Source: Selaginella moellendorffii (Eukaryota; Plantae; Lycopodiophyta). From it: a DNA stretch of 64,000 nt. Location: NCBI RefSeq assembly GCF_000143415.4, contig NW_003314428.1:1-64000 (forward strand), in the 5' to 3' direction. Shown piece by piece: positions 1 through 13,935 of this stretch (positions are counted from its first letter, which is position 1; each line of letters starts with the position of its first letter). The notes under the pieces are model-generated. The model saw nothing but the letters and a program-made list of their open reading frames with translations, did not search any database and had not been told where the DNA came from. The position numbers and the translations under genes were made by a program.

Positions 1-157
1 TTATTTCTGAATATACTTATAATCTAACGGTTCAAATTCAAAAACTTCAAATAGATGGCATAGATCAAGTGCCAAAGGGGTGGCAACGCTTCAATTTTGA
101 TTTTGATGACGCTCCAAATCAAGTGAAATCTTTTAGGGTGATCGAGCAGATTGTGAG

Positions 158-160
<3 letters not shown>

Positions 161-222
<62 letters not shown>

Positions 223-233
223 GTGTGTGTGTG
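161..233 (+). repeat. (TG)n microsatellite
   Basis: Directly visible. It follows the GCAGATTGTGAGCT motif of the Helitron 5' cassette. Confidence 0.98.
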
Positions 234-343
234 CGCACGCGCCAAAGAAAAGGCATGTTCAAAGAAATTCCTGAAGAAGCTGCATCTTTCACGAAGGTTT
301 GTGTTTCTTTCTCTTTTCCTATCTCTTCTTCTTACTCTTGTAA

Positions 344-509
<166 letters not shown>

Positions 510-1182
510 GTATGCTTGAAATTTTTTTATTGTTTCATTTCCTTTCGCACTTACTCTTGTATGTTCCCTTGCAATATGAACCTATTTTAACCTCCAAAGA
601 GGACGAGTATGAAAAGCTGTTCTACAAGACCACGCAAATTGGTGCCGCCCGTGGTAGCCTGACATCACTTTTTATTTCATCCTTTACGACATGACGACAC
701 ACTGCAAAAGGGCTCAAAGCTTGGAATTAGTTCTTCACCCAAAGGATTGAGAGAGTATACACATGACCAAACGACTTGGTAATTTCACATCAAAGAATTA
801 GGTGCTTTTGAATCGTATATTCTCTCATCGCTGCCTGGTTTCTAAAACTCTTGCAGCGGCAGATGGCACAGCGCTGGCTAGAAAGGCAAGAAGAGGAAAG
901 GTATGTGCCTGAATTGACAGATAATTTATTTGCCAAGCTTCAAAAACCTCACACAAATCCTGAACAAGAATCCATTTCCAGACAGCATTGGAAGATTTTT
1001 GAAGACTGATATAAAATAATTCATAAACGTAGACAAACTCAACCTCTGATGAGGAAAGGTATAATGACTTCACACAAAACGAAATTCATTTCAGGCTATT
1101 CGATTTCCTATTTCTGATGTACGTTTATTCTCCTACATTATCTTTTCTGTCGCATCTGAATGTTTGAACTGGCAGGCAAAAT

Positions 1183-1389
1183 TTGAAAATAAAGACAACC
1201 TATTTTATTCTTTTGCTTTCCTCGTTTCCATGAAAGCGAGAAGCATCACCACTATACACATGGCTCAGGCAAGAAGCTTTCATGTTGAAAATAAAGACAA
1301 CCTATTTCACTCTTTTGCTTTCCTCGTTTCCATGAAAGCAAAAAGCATCACCACTATACACGCGGCTCAGGCAAGAAGCTTTCATGTTG
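1183..1389 (+). repeat. Tandem duplication, 2 x 102 bp
   Basis: The unit TTGAAAATAAAGACAACC...GCTTTCATG starts at 1183 and 1285. The duplicated peptide is visible in ORF 1164..1451. Confidence 0.95.
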
Positions 1390-1899
1390 TATCTGCTGAG
1401 GACATGATCAAACCACTACCCATGATTCTCATAACTATTGCAAAATTGTAAAACAGTTTCAAAAGTAAATCTCAGAAATAGAATAGAGCCCTTCTGTGCA
1501 AGTTCATCACGGCAACTTGGGCAAAGTGATTGAAGAGGCGGTTTTAATTGCCAAACTAATGACGAAATTTCAATGTTAGTGTTTTTGAAGTTTAAACATG
1601 AGCCGTTTTTTAAAGTTGGCAATGACTTATTACAATTTTAAATGCTTGACAGGTGTGGATGTCTACTCCAAAGAAAAAGTCACATCCTGCCGTGCTCACA
1701 AACTTGTGCTCGCAGATTGCTCTCTATATATATCAGCCTTCTCACACTTACTCGGTGTAGATTGGACATTCAAGCAAGCGTGATCTCAAGTGCACCGTGT
1801 GAACAAGTCCTGGTAAGGGAGACAGTGGAAGAACAGAGCTATGCAAACTCTTCCAAGCATTAGCTAATTCCTAGAGTGCCTTGCAGTTGTGGTCTTCTC

Positions 1900-2288
1900 T
1901 TTCCTCACTTCCTGGAGCTATGATCTGGTGTCTGCTCAGAATGAAACAACCAGAGTCTATGACTTCCAGGTCAGTTTGCTTAAATATGCATCAAAAGCTC
2001 ATCGAATTGCCACCACCCAGGTTGTAAGCTTGATGGTGAGGCAGCTGGGAAGAACAAAGAACATTATTACTGTCAATGGCAAGCTCCCAGGACCAACGAT
2101 CTATGCCAATGTCGGCTTTCACAAGTATGGAATCTGGCAATTTAGGAATCCCTTGTTCGATAGCCCGGCTATGTCCTCTCAAGCGAGGCTAATAGTTCCT
2201 CTACAACTTCAACATGGATTCACACATGTGAACTCTCTTCTGGCATGCACACATCATGTGGCTTCGAGCTACTGTCTATGGAGCCATT
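1900..2288 (+). pseudogene. Captured laccase N-terminal fragment
   Basis: Translates TKNIITVNGKLPGPTIYAN and LLWHAHIMWLRATVYGAI (copper-binding motif), with deletions and frameshifts. Confidence 0.88.
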
Positions 2289-3574
2289 GACAGCCCAGCA
2301 TGAACGCAATAAAGGGCGTTGTGGATCCCAGGGACCGCTTCATTTGCAAGGGGATCCTTGGAGGAAACTCTACCAGGTAATATAACTGAGGATTGATTAG
2401 CCTTGACATGTTGTATTTTGCAGTCTTGCTCTGACTCGCACTTTGACTTGGCTGTGGAAAGTTTTGGTGACAGTGTATGTAGTGCAGCAAAAATGGTCTA
2501 CAATTCTGAGTTATATATGCCTGGTGTTTACCGTTGCATAGCTAAATCACGTAGTTTTTTCACTTATGTTATTAATCAGGCGGCACGACAGGGTGTTGGA
2601 AAGACATCTCTACATTATGCACTGATGGGCCAGGGTAATGGCATTAGCATGATACTGACGGCTTTTTTCCAGACATGGAGTGGCATGAAGGCGTTTCATG
2701 CGGTGTAGGAGACATAGATGTGGCAGGGATTAACTTGCAGGTAAAAGTTTCTGTCTTACTCGTCTTTGATTAGTCTACCTATTGGTTCCATGCAGAAACC
2801 CCTAGTGGCAAAAGACTCAGAGCTACAGCAGCTGCAAAATAAGGTAATGGCCCTTGAGTTGAAGGTCTTCCAATTGCGAGGCTAATCAAGAGAAGCTGAG
2901 AAGCATAAGATATAAAAAAAGATCAAATAAACTTCTTTCAGAGTCAAGATTGTATCACATTACAAAACAATGAACACCAGGCAGTGTGAAATGAACTGTG
3001 AATTACTACCAGACCCATTTGTCTTTTGGAATGGTTTTATTGAATCTGAAGCATGTGTTGAGAGTCACAAAATAGGTTATCGAAAATACCACCCTTGAAA
3101 CTCAGATCAAAATAAAATTACATGATACTACATAACGTTATTTGGCTAGGAATTTGCATGCTCGACGACGCCACCAATCTGACTTATAGCACGTTATGTT
3201 ACACAGATTGCAGCATTTTGCATTCTCATTGTCTCTGCACTATTTTCAAATTTATAGCCTTTTGCATTCTCCTGATCTATTTTATAGAAGAGGATGTACT
3301 GCCAGAGGCATCGGTCCCTGTCAGATCCTAAGAAAGGCAGTATAAGAAGCCAAAGATCAAGTGTATGCCCGCTGACTTGATTTTCTGCCGAATCAGAAGG
3401 ATGGTACACAGAATAATGACGTAGTTGTTTGTACACCACGGCCAAGAAGATGTGGCAATCCATGCAGCATTCCAGTTGTATGTCAACAGTCTTCCTGCCA
3501 GAAGAAAAAAGAAACTATGGTTGTAAATCCAAGACTAAAGCACTAGATATACCGTCAGCATCCACAATGTCAAG

Positions 3575-3740
3575 GCACAGTGAGACCAGACCAGATGATA
3601 AGCTTGATCATTCAGTTGCCACGATACCAAGAGTCCCTGTGATTGCTTTGGTACTTAACTCCAAACATAAGCAGCGCCAAACTCCCAAAGCTCATGCGTA
3701 GAACAGATTGTGTGCCAAACCAATCCTTGCCAGGTGATCC
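3575..3740 (-). pseudogene. Captured Serinc (serine incorporator/TDE) fragment
   Basis: Minus-strand translation SPGKDWFGTQSVLRMSFGSLALLMFGVKYQSNHRDSWYRGN*MIKLIIW resembles plant Serinc proteins. Confidence 0.7.
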
Positions 3741-6446
3741 CTGCCATTAAAATTAAATAGCCAAGTTAAAATACAAGTAATTGCATCAAATAACCATTTG
3801 TATATAAATGTTTAACAAAATAATTGTGCTCTACTTGGAAACCATCACCTTCTCTATTTTTTAAAAACTTAATTTACCATTTTGAACTAACTGGATATTT
3901 TAATCATGCTTAGGTAACAGCTCTCAGGTAACTTATTTAAAGCTGCTAGCAGATTAAATAAGGTTATGAGCAAAAAGACTAATAGAAAATATAGAAGAGG
4001 TATCTTTTTGAGATATTATTAACAAATGGATTTGAAATTTGTATATATATGAGCTAACTTATACCTATTAGATACCATGAACCATTCTCTATTGCTGTGA
4101 AGTTCAACTAAAATGTGATAGCAATTAGGATAAATATACTCAGGGGTTCAATAATAATGCAAATCTCAGGTAGTGAATTTGAATATTAAAATATAAGAAT
4201 TTAATATTAAGCTTGTAGAAGGCTATTAGTTAAAAACAGATAATGGATTTGGTATTTGATGCAAGAAAGAAAATATAAAGATATTGCTACTCTTTGAAAC
4301 CCATATTAGTATTAATATTTGAAGAAATATTTCGTGATATATATATATGAGAAACAAGAAATTCATGAGGATAACTCAAAATATTATCATTTTTCCATGT
4401 AAGATTAATTTTTCAAATCATTTTGTGTCTTCAAGATTAGTGTTTACAAGATCCATCTTAAAATAAATATAACTCCCAGCTGAAAAAATGTGTATTATAT
4501 GTCTTTTTTTATAATTTCCTTACTGAAATAGTTTTATATATAGATTATATGTTGATAATTATATTATATTTTATTTATAAAATATATTAAGTATTATGAT
4601 TTTATTTATGAATATTGTAATACGTTATATCTAATTTCTTATTTTTATTTTTGTTTATGTTTTCAAAAATCTATTTATTCATGAAATGAATGATAAAATT
4701 TATTTAATATGATCTATAAAGGTTCTCTTATGTGAGATTTTCTTGAAATAGGTTTTTATATCTCTAGGTGAATGGTAAAACTAAAGGTTTGATATGTTAC
4801 TGTATCTTTCCTCATCTTCTATGATTTGTCATTGCACAATATTATTTCTGCATTGGCACAAGGAGCCTTGAAGATTATTTATCTATTATATAAGAGTAAA
4901 ACCTTTGAATACACAAGGAAAAATGTAAAAAAAAACCACCAACTGCTTACTTTAGATCCTTTATAGATACAAAACTAAAATAAAACTTTTGGAACAAGTA
5001 ATAGCCAGTAAAGGACAGTTTTTCTTTGATGTATATAAAATGGATGAAGAATTTGGTGGTTCTCACTCACCATATAACTATAGTTCAATTTTTTTTTTAA
5101 GTATTGCATAATCCAAAGGTTTTAAGAGAAATTACATTATCTTACTATCTCTTGTGTTGCAAGGAAGTATTATACATTTCTTCAATCTGGATAAATTTAT
5201 GTATGTATGTTTTTAAATGAAAAATGAGAAATGTAATAGAAATTCTATTATTATTTAGTAAACAATGAATGTTTAAAGCATCATTACAGTTCAGATAATA
5301 AAGAAGTTAACTCAGTACACAATTAAATTTATAGCTTCACCAAACCAGTGACAAAAACCTATTATTCTTTGGTAGTCTATAATTCTTTGATTTTGTGAAA
5401 AATCAATTGTTTTTAAATCTTGACAGCAATCTTGTAGATGTGTTTAGGGTTGTGTACTTTTTTATAAAGGCAATAAAAACAAATTCAAATTTGAATTTCA
5501 TGATGATAAAAAAATTGAGCTTATCTTCCCTAACACATACATTATTATCCAATTGCATTCATTGCATTATTGTGCATTATCTGGAGATGAATAGTAGCAA
5601 TGTTTAAATAAATTTAACCTTGTATACAAAAAATTCTTAACATTGTAAAATTAGAAGAGAAGATCTATTTATCTTGAGTATGTTATATCTCCCAGCGGAG
5701 CTGGGATCTTTGCTAGTATGCTTATAATCTAATTGCTGAAATTCAAAATATTCCATTTTTAGAATATTATTTCTGAATATGCTTATAATCTAATGGCTGA
5801 AATTCAAAAACTTCAAATAGATGGCATAGATGAAGTGCTAAAGGGGTGGCAACGCTTCAATTAATGACGCTCCAAATCAAGTGAAATTTTTTAGGGCGAT
5901 CGGGCAAATGCATACGGGACAAGCTGCCTTTGGTGGGCGTGTGCATACCCTTTGCAAAAGCCAGGATCGTGGATTGCTCATCGCTATTCGCGACACACGC
6001 ACCTTGCAAAGGTGGACAGTCTGAAGAACACAAGCTCCAGCTCCATGACGACTTCCCCACCAGCAACCACTCCTGTTCGCCACATTTTCTGTGCCATACA
6101 GTCTTGTTGAAGGAAGGATATTTATACTCACTCAGTGGTCATGTCATTGTTTGAAATGACTTTGGAAGATCAAGAGACTGCGATGGTCTTTCATAGATTA
6201 TTGCAAACCAAAGGTGCAATAAAACCTTTGTCGTTGTTTTGTCTCTAAACATTTTTGCTGTGTGCAGGCCGGATCCTCGCCCCTGTATTTCCCATCCAGC
6301 CAGATTCCAAAGTCTCTGCAATCCACAAACGTTCTCCAGGAGCTGGCTGTGAGGTGGAAGAAGCGACGCATCCACAAACTCCATGGTTTCATGTGACTCC
6401 ATGAACATGTCAAGGATGTGTCCAAGCTTGCTAAGTGCAACATGCT

Positions 6447-7192
6447 GCATGCGCTATTGGTGAACAACCGATCAAGGTAGATTGAAAATTCTTTACTTTT
6501 TTCTGAAGACAATTTGCAGGGACTGCTGAATCCTGCAGCTATGGCTAGGCTGGCGCTTGGAGAAGCTTTGACGAATCTTGTTTGGGCTAAGGTACTCTCA
6601 TCTTAATTGTGTTTACACACCTTATGATCTGTTTAACTTTGCACGTTGAACTTGATTCCGACATATATGTACAATCCTGCTGTTGCTCTTCGTGACACTG
6701 TGATCGAGCTTGAGGTTGCAATAGAAGGTGGAAAGGACAGCTTGTCAATGGCTGGTCAAGCAGGTGGTGAAACTGTCAAGGCACTTGCGAATCTCGTCAT
6801 TAGTCGTATGTGACTTGTCCAGACATTACACTCATCGTCACCCCTGATTTGAAGGTACTGAAATTCATATCCTTTTATTCAAATCTGATTACTTGCTTCT
6901 TCCAGATTGGAGAGGAAGTTGTTCTTTTGTTGGGACTGGCAAAGGTCGTCTAGGAGGTTTTGCACTGGCCCAATCTTTTGATCAGGTCAGACAAACTGTG
7001 GTTTTCTTTCCTTGCTAGCTTCCACTATGCGGATTAGTGATACTTGCCTGGACGTTGAAATATTTAAAACGTGCCTTCAATGCGACACAGGTGATCATGT
7101 CATTCATCGGTTTTCTTTTTTAAACAATCTGGATTTTTCTGCGGACAGGACCTTATTGGCAAGAAACTTATTTCTGCAGGACATGATATCAG
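6447..7192 (+). pseudogene. PUR4: Captured phosphoribosylformylglycinamidine (FGAM) synthase fragment
   Basis: Translates ACAIGEQPIK/GLLNPAAMARLALGEALTNLVWAKV, AIEGGKDSLSMA, GRLGGFALAQSFDQ and ISAGHDI, with short introns. Confidence 0.88.
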
Positions 7193-7539
7193 AGTTATAG
7201 TTTCATTGCTATAGTTTCATAGTTTCATTGTCTTTGCGAGAAATTATGGCATTGAAGTAGACATTCGGACACTCTAAGCATATCCATGGGAGGAGCTATT
7301 GCTACAGAAGTCGGGGATGAGACCACTGAACCATTAGAATCAGAAACAGATCAAGCATCAACTTAAATGCAGTCAAAGACGTGTTCACAACCTTGAGCTT
7401 CAGGTAACCTCTATCCCTGCTTCATTGTAAGAGAGCGCCAGTGCTGAGAATTTCTTCTGTAACTTTTCCACCCTATACACCAGGGATGCATGAAGAACTG
7501 GGCATTCCAAGCTTTTTACACTATACAGAAAGGAATCAT

Positions 7540-7980
7540 ACTATTCAACCAGAAGCCTTGCATGAGTATTGATTTCCTTGTAAAAGCCAAGAAGTGGAGA
7601 AAATTCCTGAAGAGGTTGCCAGGTTCCTCCTGAGTGCCACAGGTCTCAACAGAGGCAGGATCCGAGTTGGCAACGTAAAATCTGGCTGGAAAATTATGGT
7701 TATGGTAACAAAGTTTTGAGTAATTTTGGACAAGGTATCAATGCTTTATCAATTACAGATTTTTATTACTGCTGCAACAGATAGAGATAGCGGCATTATG
7801 CATCTTGCATTTGAACTGGTGGAGAAAGTTGCCAGAAATAACTTTCAACACATTACTGAAACCAAGAACACAATATTCACAGACTGTGAATGGCATTCTT
7901 GCGTTCATAAGAAAACAAGTTTAGTGACGATATCAGCCTCAACACTCTCGCTTTTTGCGCCTTGGTGAAGGAGAGCTCAG
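7540..7980 (+). pseudogene. Captured BIG-type ARF-GEF fragment (Sec7 start fused to HDS region)
   Basis: LFNQKP..IDFLVKAK..PEEVARFLLSATGLN is joined to NVKSGWK..TAATDRDSGIMHLAFELVEKV. Paralogous to 45125-45427. Confidence 0.8.
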
Positions 7981-8144
7981 TACTTTCAGATAGTAACAAA
8001 CATCAAGTTGTTCTGTGCGACTTCATTGGAATCATCAAAAGACAGCAATCAGTGATTTTGAGAAGTAAGTTTTCTATTACTCTCGTTACCACAGGCTGAC
8101 GATTCATTCAGATGAGATTGTCAGTAAATTGTCATAACAACCAA

Positions 8145-8375
8145 CGAGTTTATATGCCCAAGCAGACGTGTTTGCTTATGGCAAGGTCATTAAGGAATCT
8201 CTCGCAGTCTAAATGTTTCTTTCTTCATATCCCCGAGGAACCTTGAGCAGAAGGTGTTCTGGATTATTAGATTCTTCATAGAGTAAGTTCCTGAAGGTTC
8301 ATTCCTTGCAGCTCTACAGTTACCTTGTTCTTGCAGACTTTCACAGGCAACCGTCCATCCCTAAGTGTGCTGTAT
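8145..8375 (+). pseudogene. Captured cytosolic glucose-6-phosphate isomerase fragment
   Basis: Translates AQADVFAYGK and TFTGNRPSLSVL. Homologous to 13555-13935 and 52860-53270. Confidence 0.75.
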
Positions 8376-10459
8376 TATAGATCCAGATTACAAATGATCA
8401 AATCCAGATTTTGATTTGATATCTGATGTTACCAAATTATCATCTATGTGCTGTTATCTTCAGAGATGTAGGCAATAACAGCATCAATGCAGGGAAGAAT
8501 GCTGTATCCGCCATATGTGTATAAGTTTTGGNNNNNNNNNNNNNNNNNNNNNNNNNNNNNNNNNNNNNNNNNNNNNNNNNNNNNNNNNNNNNNNNNNNNN
8601 NNNNNNNNNNNNNNNNNNNNNNNNNNNNNNNNNNNNNNNNNNNNNNNNNNNNNNNNNNNNNNNNNNNNNNNNNNNNNNNNNNNNNNNNNNNNNNNNTTTT
8701 TTTATGATCTAGAGCTACATGCTAACGATGAAATTCACGCCTTTCTGTGTCAGACAAATGACCCAACCTGCGTAGAGTATCAAACTTGTAAGAAATGAGT
8801 ACTACTTACATGAACAACCCCTGAAAATCAGTGTTGGCAAGGATGCATTCATGTCCCAGGCAATCTATGAGAAGATCCTCTGGTGTTTCAATCCCACAAA
8901 CAGCAACAACAACCAAACAACCAACTTGAGTTCCTTCAACTCAATCACGAAGTAGACTGTCTCTCAGTTTCTCCAAGTGACCAAGTCAGCTTGCAGGGAG
9001 ACTTGTGATGCTACAAATATTAAACCTGGTGAATCAATCCTTTTAAGAGTGCCTTGGCTGGGAATTGAGTAAGCATGTGCATGGCCTTGCCACCAGTTTT
9101 CACCATCTATGCTCAGGTTACTACAAGCAAAAGCTTTGTTAGCTTCTTCTCAGAGATGAAAGAAAAACTCGAGCTACCTTCTGCAGTTCCATAAGCTAAG
9201 GAGTCCTTGCTGGTACATCAAAGCACATGAAGTTCCTTGGGTAAAAAATTGATAGCATAGACTGATTTTGTTTTTGAGTTGTATTTGTTATTATCACAGA
9301 TTCAACAGCTGAAAGGGTGTTATATCTTATCAAGTGGTGGGCTGTTCAATGAGCACGATAAAAATTAAAAATAGATAGAGAATTATAATATATTGCTAGA
9401 ATTATAATGCTAGAATTATAATATATCAGAAAATTCATGAATGTTTTATAGATAGGTTTAATATAATTAAATTGCAGTTGTTTTTCATGTATAAATGTGA
9501 TGTAGGATTAAGTGTTAGAAAATTTTATGATAATATATAAATCTTAGACTATATCTTATCCATTTGACAACTCAATGTGTTTAATTTTATTTATGTTTGT
9601 ATTAATATATTATGATAAGATTACTGATAAAAAATTATTTTGCAAAATATTTTTAATTATAATTATAATTTTAAACATAAACATAATTATAAAATATATA
9701 TTTAAATATAATATAATATTTATATTAAAAATCCCTTCTACGATTGATTCTATCACCAACACACATCATAACATAATAAATGAAATTCATAACATTGTAT
9801 CTTTGATCTTCTACAAGTGAAATTACTCATTATGAGATCCCACTGTTAAAGATGGGTTCAATACAAATTGAGTGAAAATCCAGAAACTTGATGTTTTGTG
9901 AGAGGAAGAAGCTAAGGCTTTAAGAGATCATACATGTATATAGATGCTAGTGGCAGTGATTATTATTTTGTATTCTGCTGTGTATGATCACCATATCTGG
10001 TATGATCTATATCATAGACTCATAGTTTAGAAATAAAGATTTATTCTATGTACTAAACTTGAAATTATATTATTAAGCTATATGCATATTATAATATTTA
10101 TATTACAGTATTTATAATTGTAGTGATAATATTATAATACAGTATTAAAATTATGCATTAGTGATAGTATTATAATTTTAATATTTAAATCTATTTATTA
10201 ATTCATATCATCCTTCTATATCTAAAAGAGCAAGGGTGACATATTCAATCGAGATTCTTTTCAAGCTTAATGGTGGAGATGAAAACACATGGGAAAAAAA
10301 CAGTTGAGGGTGAAATGTTTTTTTTTTTAGGGTAAACCAGTTTTTTTCAATGCATTTTTCCAGGAGAGCTTATCACCGCAGTGCACACCATGAGGTTCGC
10401 TGCATGATTGCATTCGTCCTTACATTATATACCTTGCTCTTGAATCTTTCGTTTACTGT

Positions 10460-10630
10460 TCAGTTTGTACTCAAAGATGCCGTCAAAGAGACCTCTGACT
10501 TCCCACGGCACTTGTGGAATCGTGAACAGACCATCTGATCACAATAGTGTGCTGTCCAAAGGCTGCCAGGCGCTCAAGACTTCCACCCAGATCGACTTGA
10601 AAAGCATTCTACCATTCAGCCAGAGCACCT
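10460..10630 (-). pseudogene. Captured DUF2358-like fragment
   Basis: Translates RMLFKSIWVEVLSAWQPLDST / IVIRWSVH / IPQVPWEVRGLFDGIFEYKL, with frameshifts. Confidence 0.6.
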
Positions 10631-12139
10631 GTATAATACACTTGTAAGTCTGTGAAAGCAGTTTACTGGATCTCTGAAAGAGATGTCCTCTCTGCACCAA
10701 ACAAGATAAGCCACTCTACGTTTACTTCATTCTCCTGTATATCTGATAGCTCAGATCTCCATGGAACAGAACAGGCAGCTCCTCCCTGAAAGTCTTGATG
10801 GCATAGCCTACATTGACATGGTAATCCAGACTTCCTTCCTTGCTCTTTGCTACTAACGGATCCTCTACTTTGCTATTCAGCTTGGTCGAGAGTTGCAATA
10901 ATGCACTTGAAGAGGTTTCTTGAATCTATCTCTGCTGCTATATGCCAAGCTCGGCACTACCTCTAACGGAAGCAGCTCACTACACACCATCTTGTCAAGT
11001 TCGCTGCAAACTGAATATTGTCTTCCTCAGTCAAGCTGATTTCTTCCAGTTCTTCATGCCAAACAATGGTATGGCACTCTTAAGTTTGAGGTAAAAAGCT
11101 TTCACATATTGTTTGTAGCCAAACTGAATGCATTTTCATGTGCAATGGCTCAGTGACAACAAGCTGGATCCCATTCTAGAGTCACTGGCCAAGCTACCTT
11201 GGTTGACTTGCACAGGCTTAACCTCAGCAAGTCCATCTATCCACTGGCAAGTTCTCAGTGTTGAGAATAGCGAGCCAAGTGGCAGTGATTGAAGAGGTGA
11301 GTTTTCTATTTTTGATGCTTTTAGCTCCCCGGCAAACATCTGTATTCTCTTTTCTTCTTCTCTAGATTACTGACAACCTTGCTTGGAATGTATTACAGTC
11401 ATACACATTGGAGATTAAGTTTCTTGAAGCTCTCTGATGCTTCAAACAAAAGGCAAGCACTGCCACCGTCAAGCATACATGACAATTGGCTTCAAGAAGA
11501 TGATGGCTAGGTTTATGAGTTTTGCAGTTGTCAGTTTTGCAACTGTTCTTGGCTCTTCTGTATCTGCCAGGTGAGTATTTCCGAGCTATGACTCGATTTC
11601 TGATGTTGAAGCATGTGAAGCTTTTATGCAGTTTTGGCCAGAGTCTAGAACAATGCACTGGATCTTTGCACGGAAACACGGGGAACATTCGAAATAACCC
11701 AGCACTTGAGGTGATATGCTCATTACCGTTTGTGATTTGTTTATCTCAAGGCATCTTTTTTTAGGCACTTCGAGCATTGACTTACACAGGAACTTTCATG
11801 GTGGGGGCAACGATTCTAGCAAAGAAGGCTCTATCTGTTTTCAAACCTCTTGAAAGATGAAAATGAAGGCTCAGCATTAACAAGAAGTGACTATATCACT
11901 TTTAAGGTTACAAAGGTCCATCTTGCAGGAACATCATTGGTTGTATCCTGGAATGAAGGCTACGTTGGAAGCAGCAATGGGGTACATGCTCTAAAATTTA
12001 TCCCGCAGCTTTTGCAAGTCTATTTCAACATTACATTGCAAGATATGAGTGATTGTAAGTTCCAAACCTTTGCATTTAATCCGCTGCTCTTTGTATGTTT
12101 AGCACTACTCTGCACTCTTTTACCTATGGTCTTCTTCAG

Positions 12140-12860
12140 AATCAATGCCATGTTTCCGGATAAGGCATTTTCAATCGAGGTAAGCAAGATTAGTTTACTC
12201 ATAAGCTGACTCATGTCTTAAATCAGGTCCAACAAACGTGTTGTCAGTTTGTGCACACTTTCTTCAAGAAATCTCCTCAGTTCATTGCTCTTTTGAAGGT
12301 AAGCTTTTCTTATCTATTTGAAGTTGTTATCCCAAAAGAAGTAAAAACATTGCAGAAGCTCATCACCAGTCAACCTCAAACAAGTGACAGTAAAGTAAGA
12401 TGGATTTCACATTTGAGTGTTAAACTTCTATTACATTTACTAGACTGAGCTTCCTTTGCAACTATGCTAAGTGGTTGGAGACCAGGGGGCGGTGGTACTT
12501 ATTTCAAGGATGGTGTAAGAGAGCTCTTTGAAACTCTGGAGTTGGTTCTCTACAAAAACCTCTTCTTATGGTAATTGAAGTTTCTCACTATTTATGTTGT
12601 GTCTAATCTTCACAAACATCCAGGCATAAAACTTCTGCCATCCTGGCCCAGTCCCAGCTGCTATTTTTTGTCATAACCGCCATAGCAAAGCTTGCAACAT
12701 GCCATCAAGAGCTTTTGCCTAGAGCTCGAGTCCTAAGGTTTTCTTTTTTTTTATTTGTCTTCCCTAAGGAACTTTCTTGAGTTGAAGTTGCTGTTCTTGA
12801 TGGAGGTGGCACAATCACATCAACTACTCAAAAAGACTGTCTGGAGAAGAATTGAAGATC
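12140..12860 (+). pseudogene. AP5Z1: Captured AP-5 complex subunit zeta fragment
   Basis: Translates KKSPQFIALLK, VRELFETLELVLYKNL and LLFFVITAIAKLATCHQELLPRARV, with introns. Confidence 0.7.
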
Positions 12861-13465
12861 ACCATTGCTGCCTACGACTGAGTCCCTGGAGTGGAGAAGC
12901 TGGTGATGAATGCAAAGATGGACCTTGCCTTGCAGCTTATACAGCATGAGAAGCCCAAGAGCTTGCTACATTACTACAAGGCCATGGAGCTGTCCACAAA
13001 GTTCGATTTGTTTCTCACATGTCCAAGAAGATTTGGCCCCCTGTCGATCACAACATGGTCAGATGCTACCAGCATTTTGGACAAATATTCACAGGTTATA
13101 CTTCCCACGAAAGGATCAACTACAAGGAAATAAGTTCAAGAAAAACAAAGAGAAAACTCACAAGGATCTGGCTCACCCAGCAATGCACAAATCGAAACAA
13201 AACTTTGGAAATTGTAAGAGCTGGACTTTAATTCTCCTTGAGAGTTTTCAAGAAGATCTGTCCACTAGGATAAATGTTGCAGTGATAGATTTACGTTTTA
13301 AACACCACCTACATTTTCCAACGAGAGATAAGATCTTTGAATTGTTCCTCCTTGAGAGGCTTTAATGGATAATTGCTGGGGAGGCTAATGTTGCCCTTAT
13401 AAAGGGATCCTATGAGATCAAGAAGAATTTCTTCAAAAGTTGAGAATTGAGCTAAGAAATTCCAT

Positions 13466-13554
13466 ACATGCAAGTAAACCCAGAAGAAAAAGAATGGTCA
13501 AGATGGCTTGTGAGCCAAGGAAATGGCAATCTCCCTAACCAAGGCTTAACCAAG
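13466..13554 (+). pseudogene. Relic of Helitron PIF1 helicase
   Basis: MQVNPEEKEWSRWLVSQGNGNLP matches MRVNSEEKEWSRCLVKLRNGNLP at 55835-55905. Confidence 0.85.
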
Positions 13555-13935
13555 TTTACATTGCCGAGTTCACACCCCAGTGATCAAAGAAGTATATGTA
13601 TGAATTTGTATATGATATATGTATCTGTAGTTGATTCCCCAGATAAATCCCTGCACCACGACCGAGTGATCATACAAAGATAGAAGCTGGCCAACTGTAT
13701 ATGGCTTTAGAGTTGGTAGCAGCATGCTCAAGGCTGGATGGTTTCTGGCAAATTCTTGCAGACTTTCACTTAGCATGCTAGGTAACAGTAGAGCAGCAAG
13801 GAAAGAACATTCAGGAACTTACTTTTTGAGGAGTCAAATAATATGGAACACCTTCCGCTCGAAGTTCCTTGAGGATCTGAAGAAAGAAACATTTAGACCA
13901 TGAAAGAATACAAGAGATTCCTTACTGACCCTGCC
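13555..13935 (-). pseudogene. Captured GPI fragment (inverted)
   Basis: Translates [38 protein letters not shown] (ORF 13570..13776). Confidence 0.85.

Noticed and set aside
2580-2710. P-loop-like GVGKTSL fragment, and BTB-like AHKLVLA at ~1695
   Set aside because: Too short to assign a family without a search.
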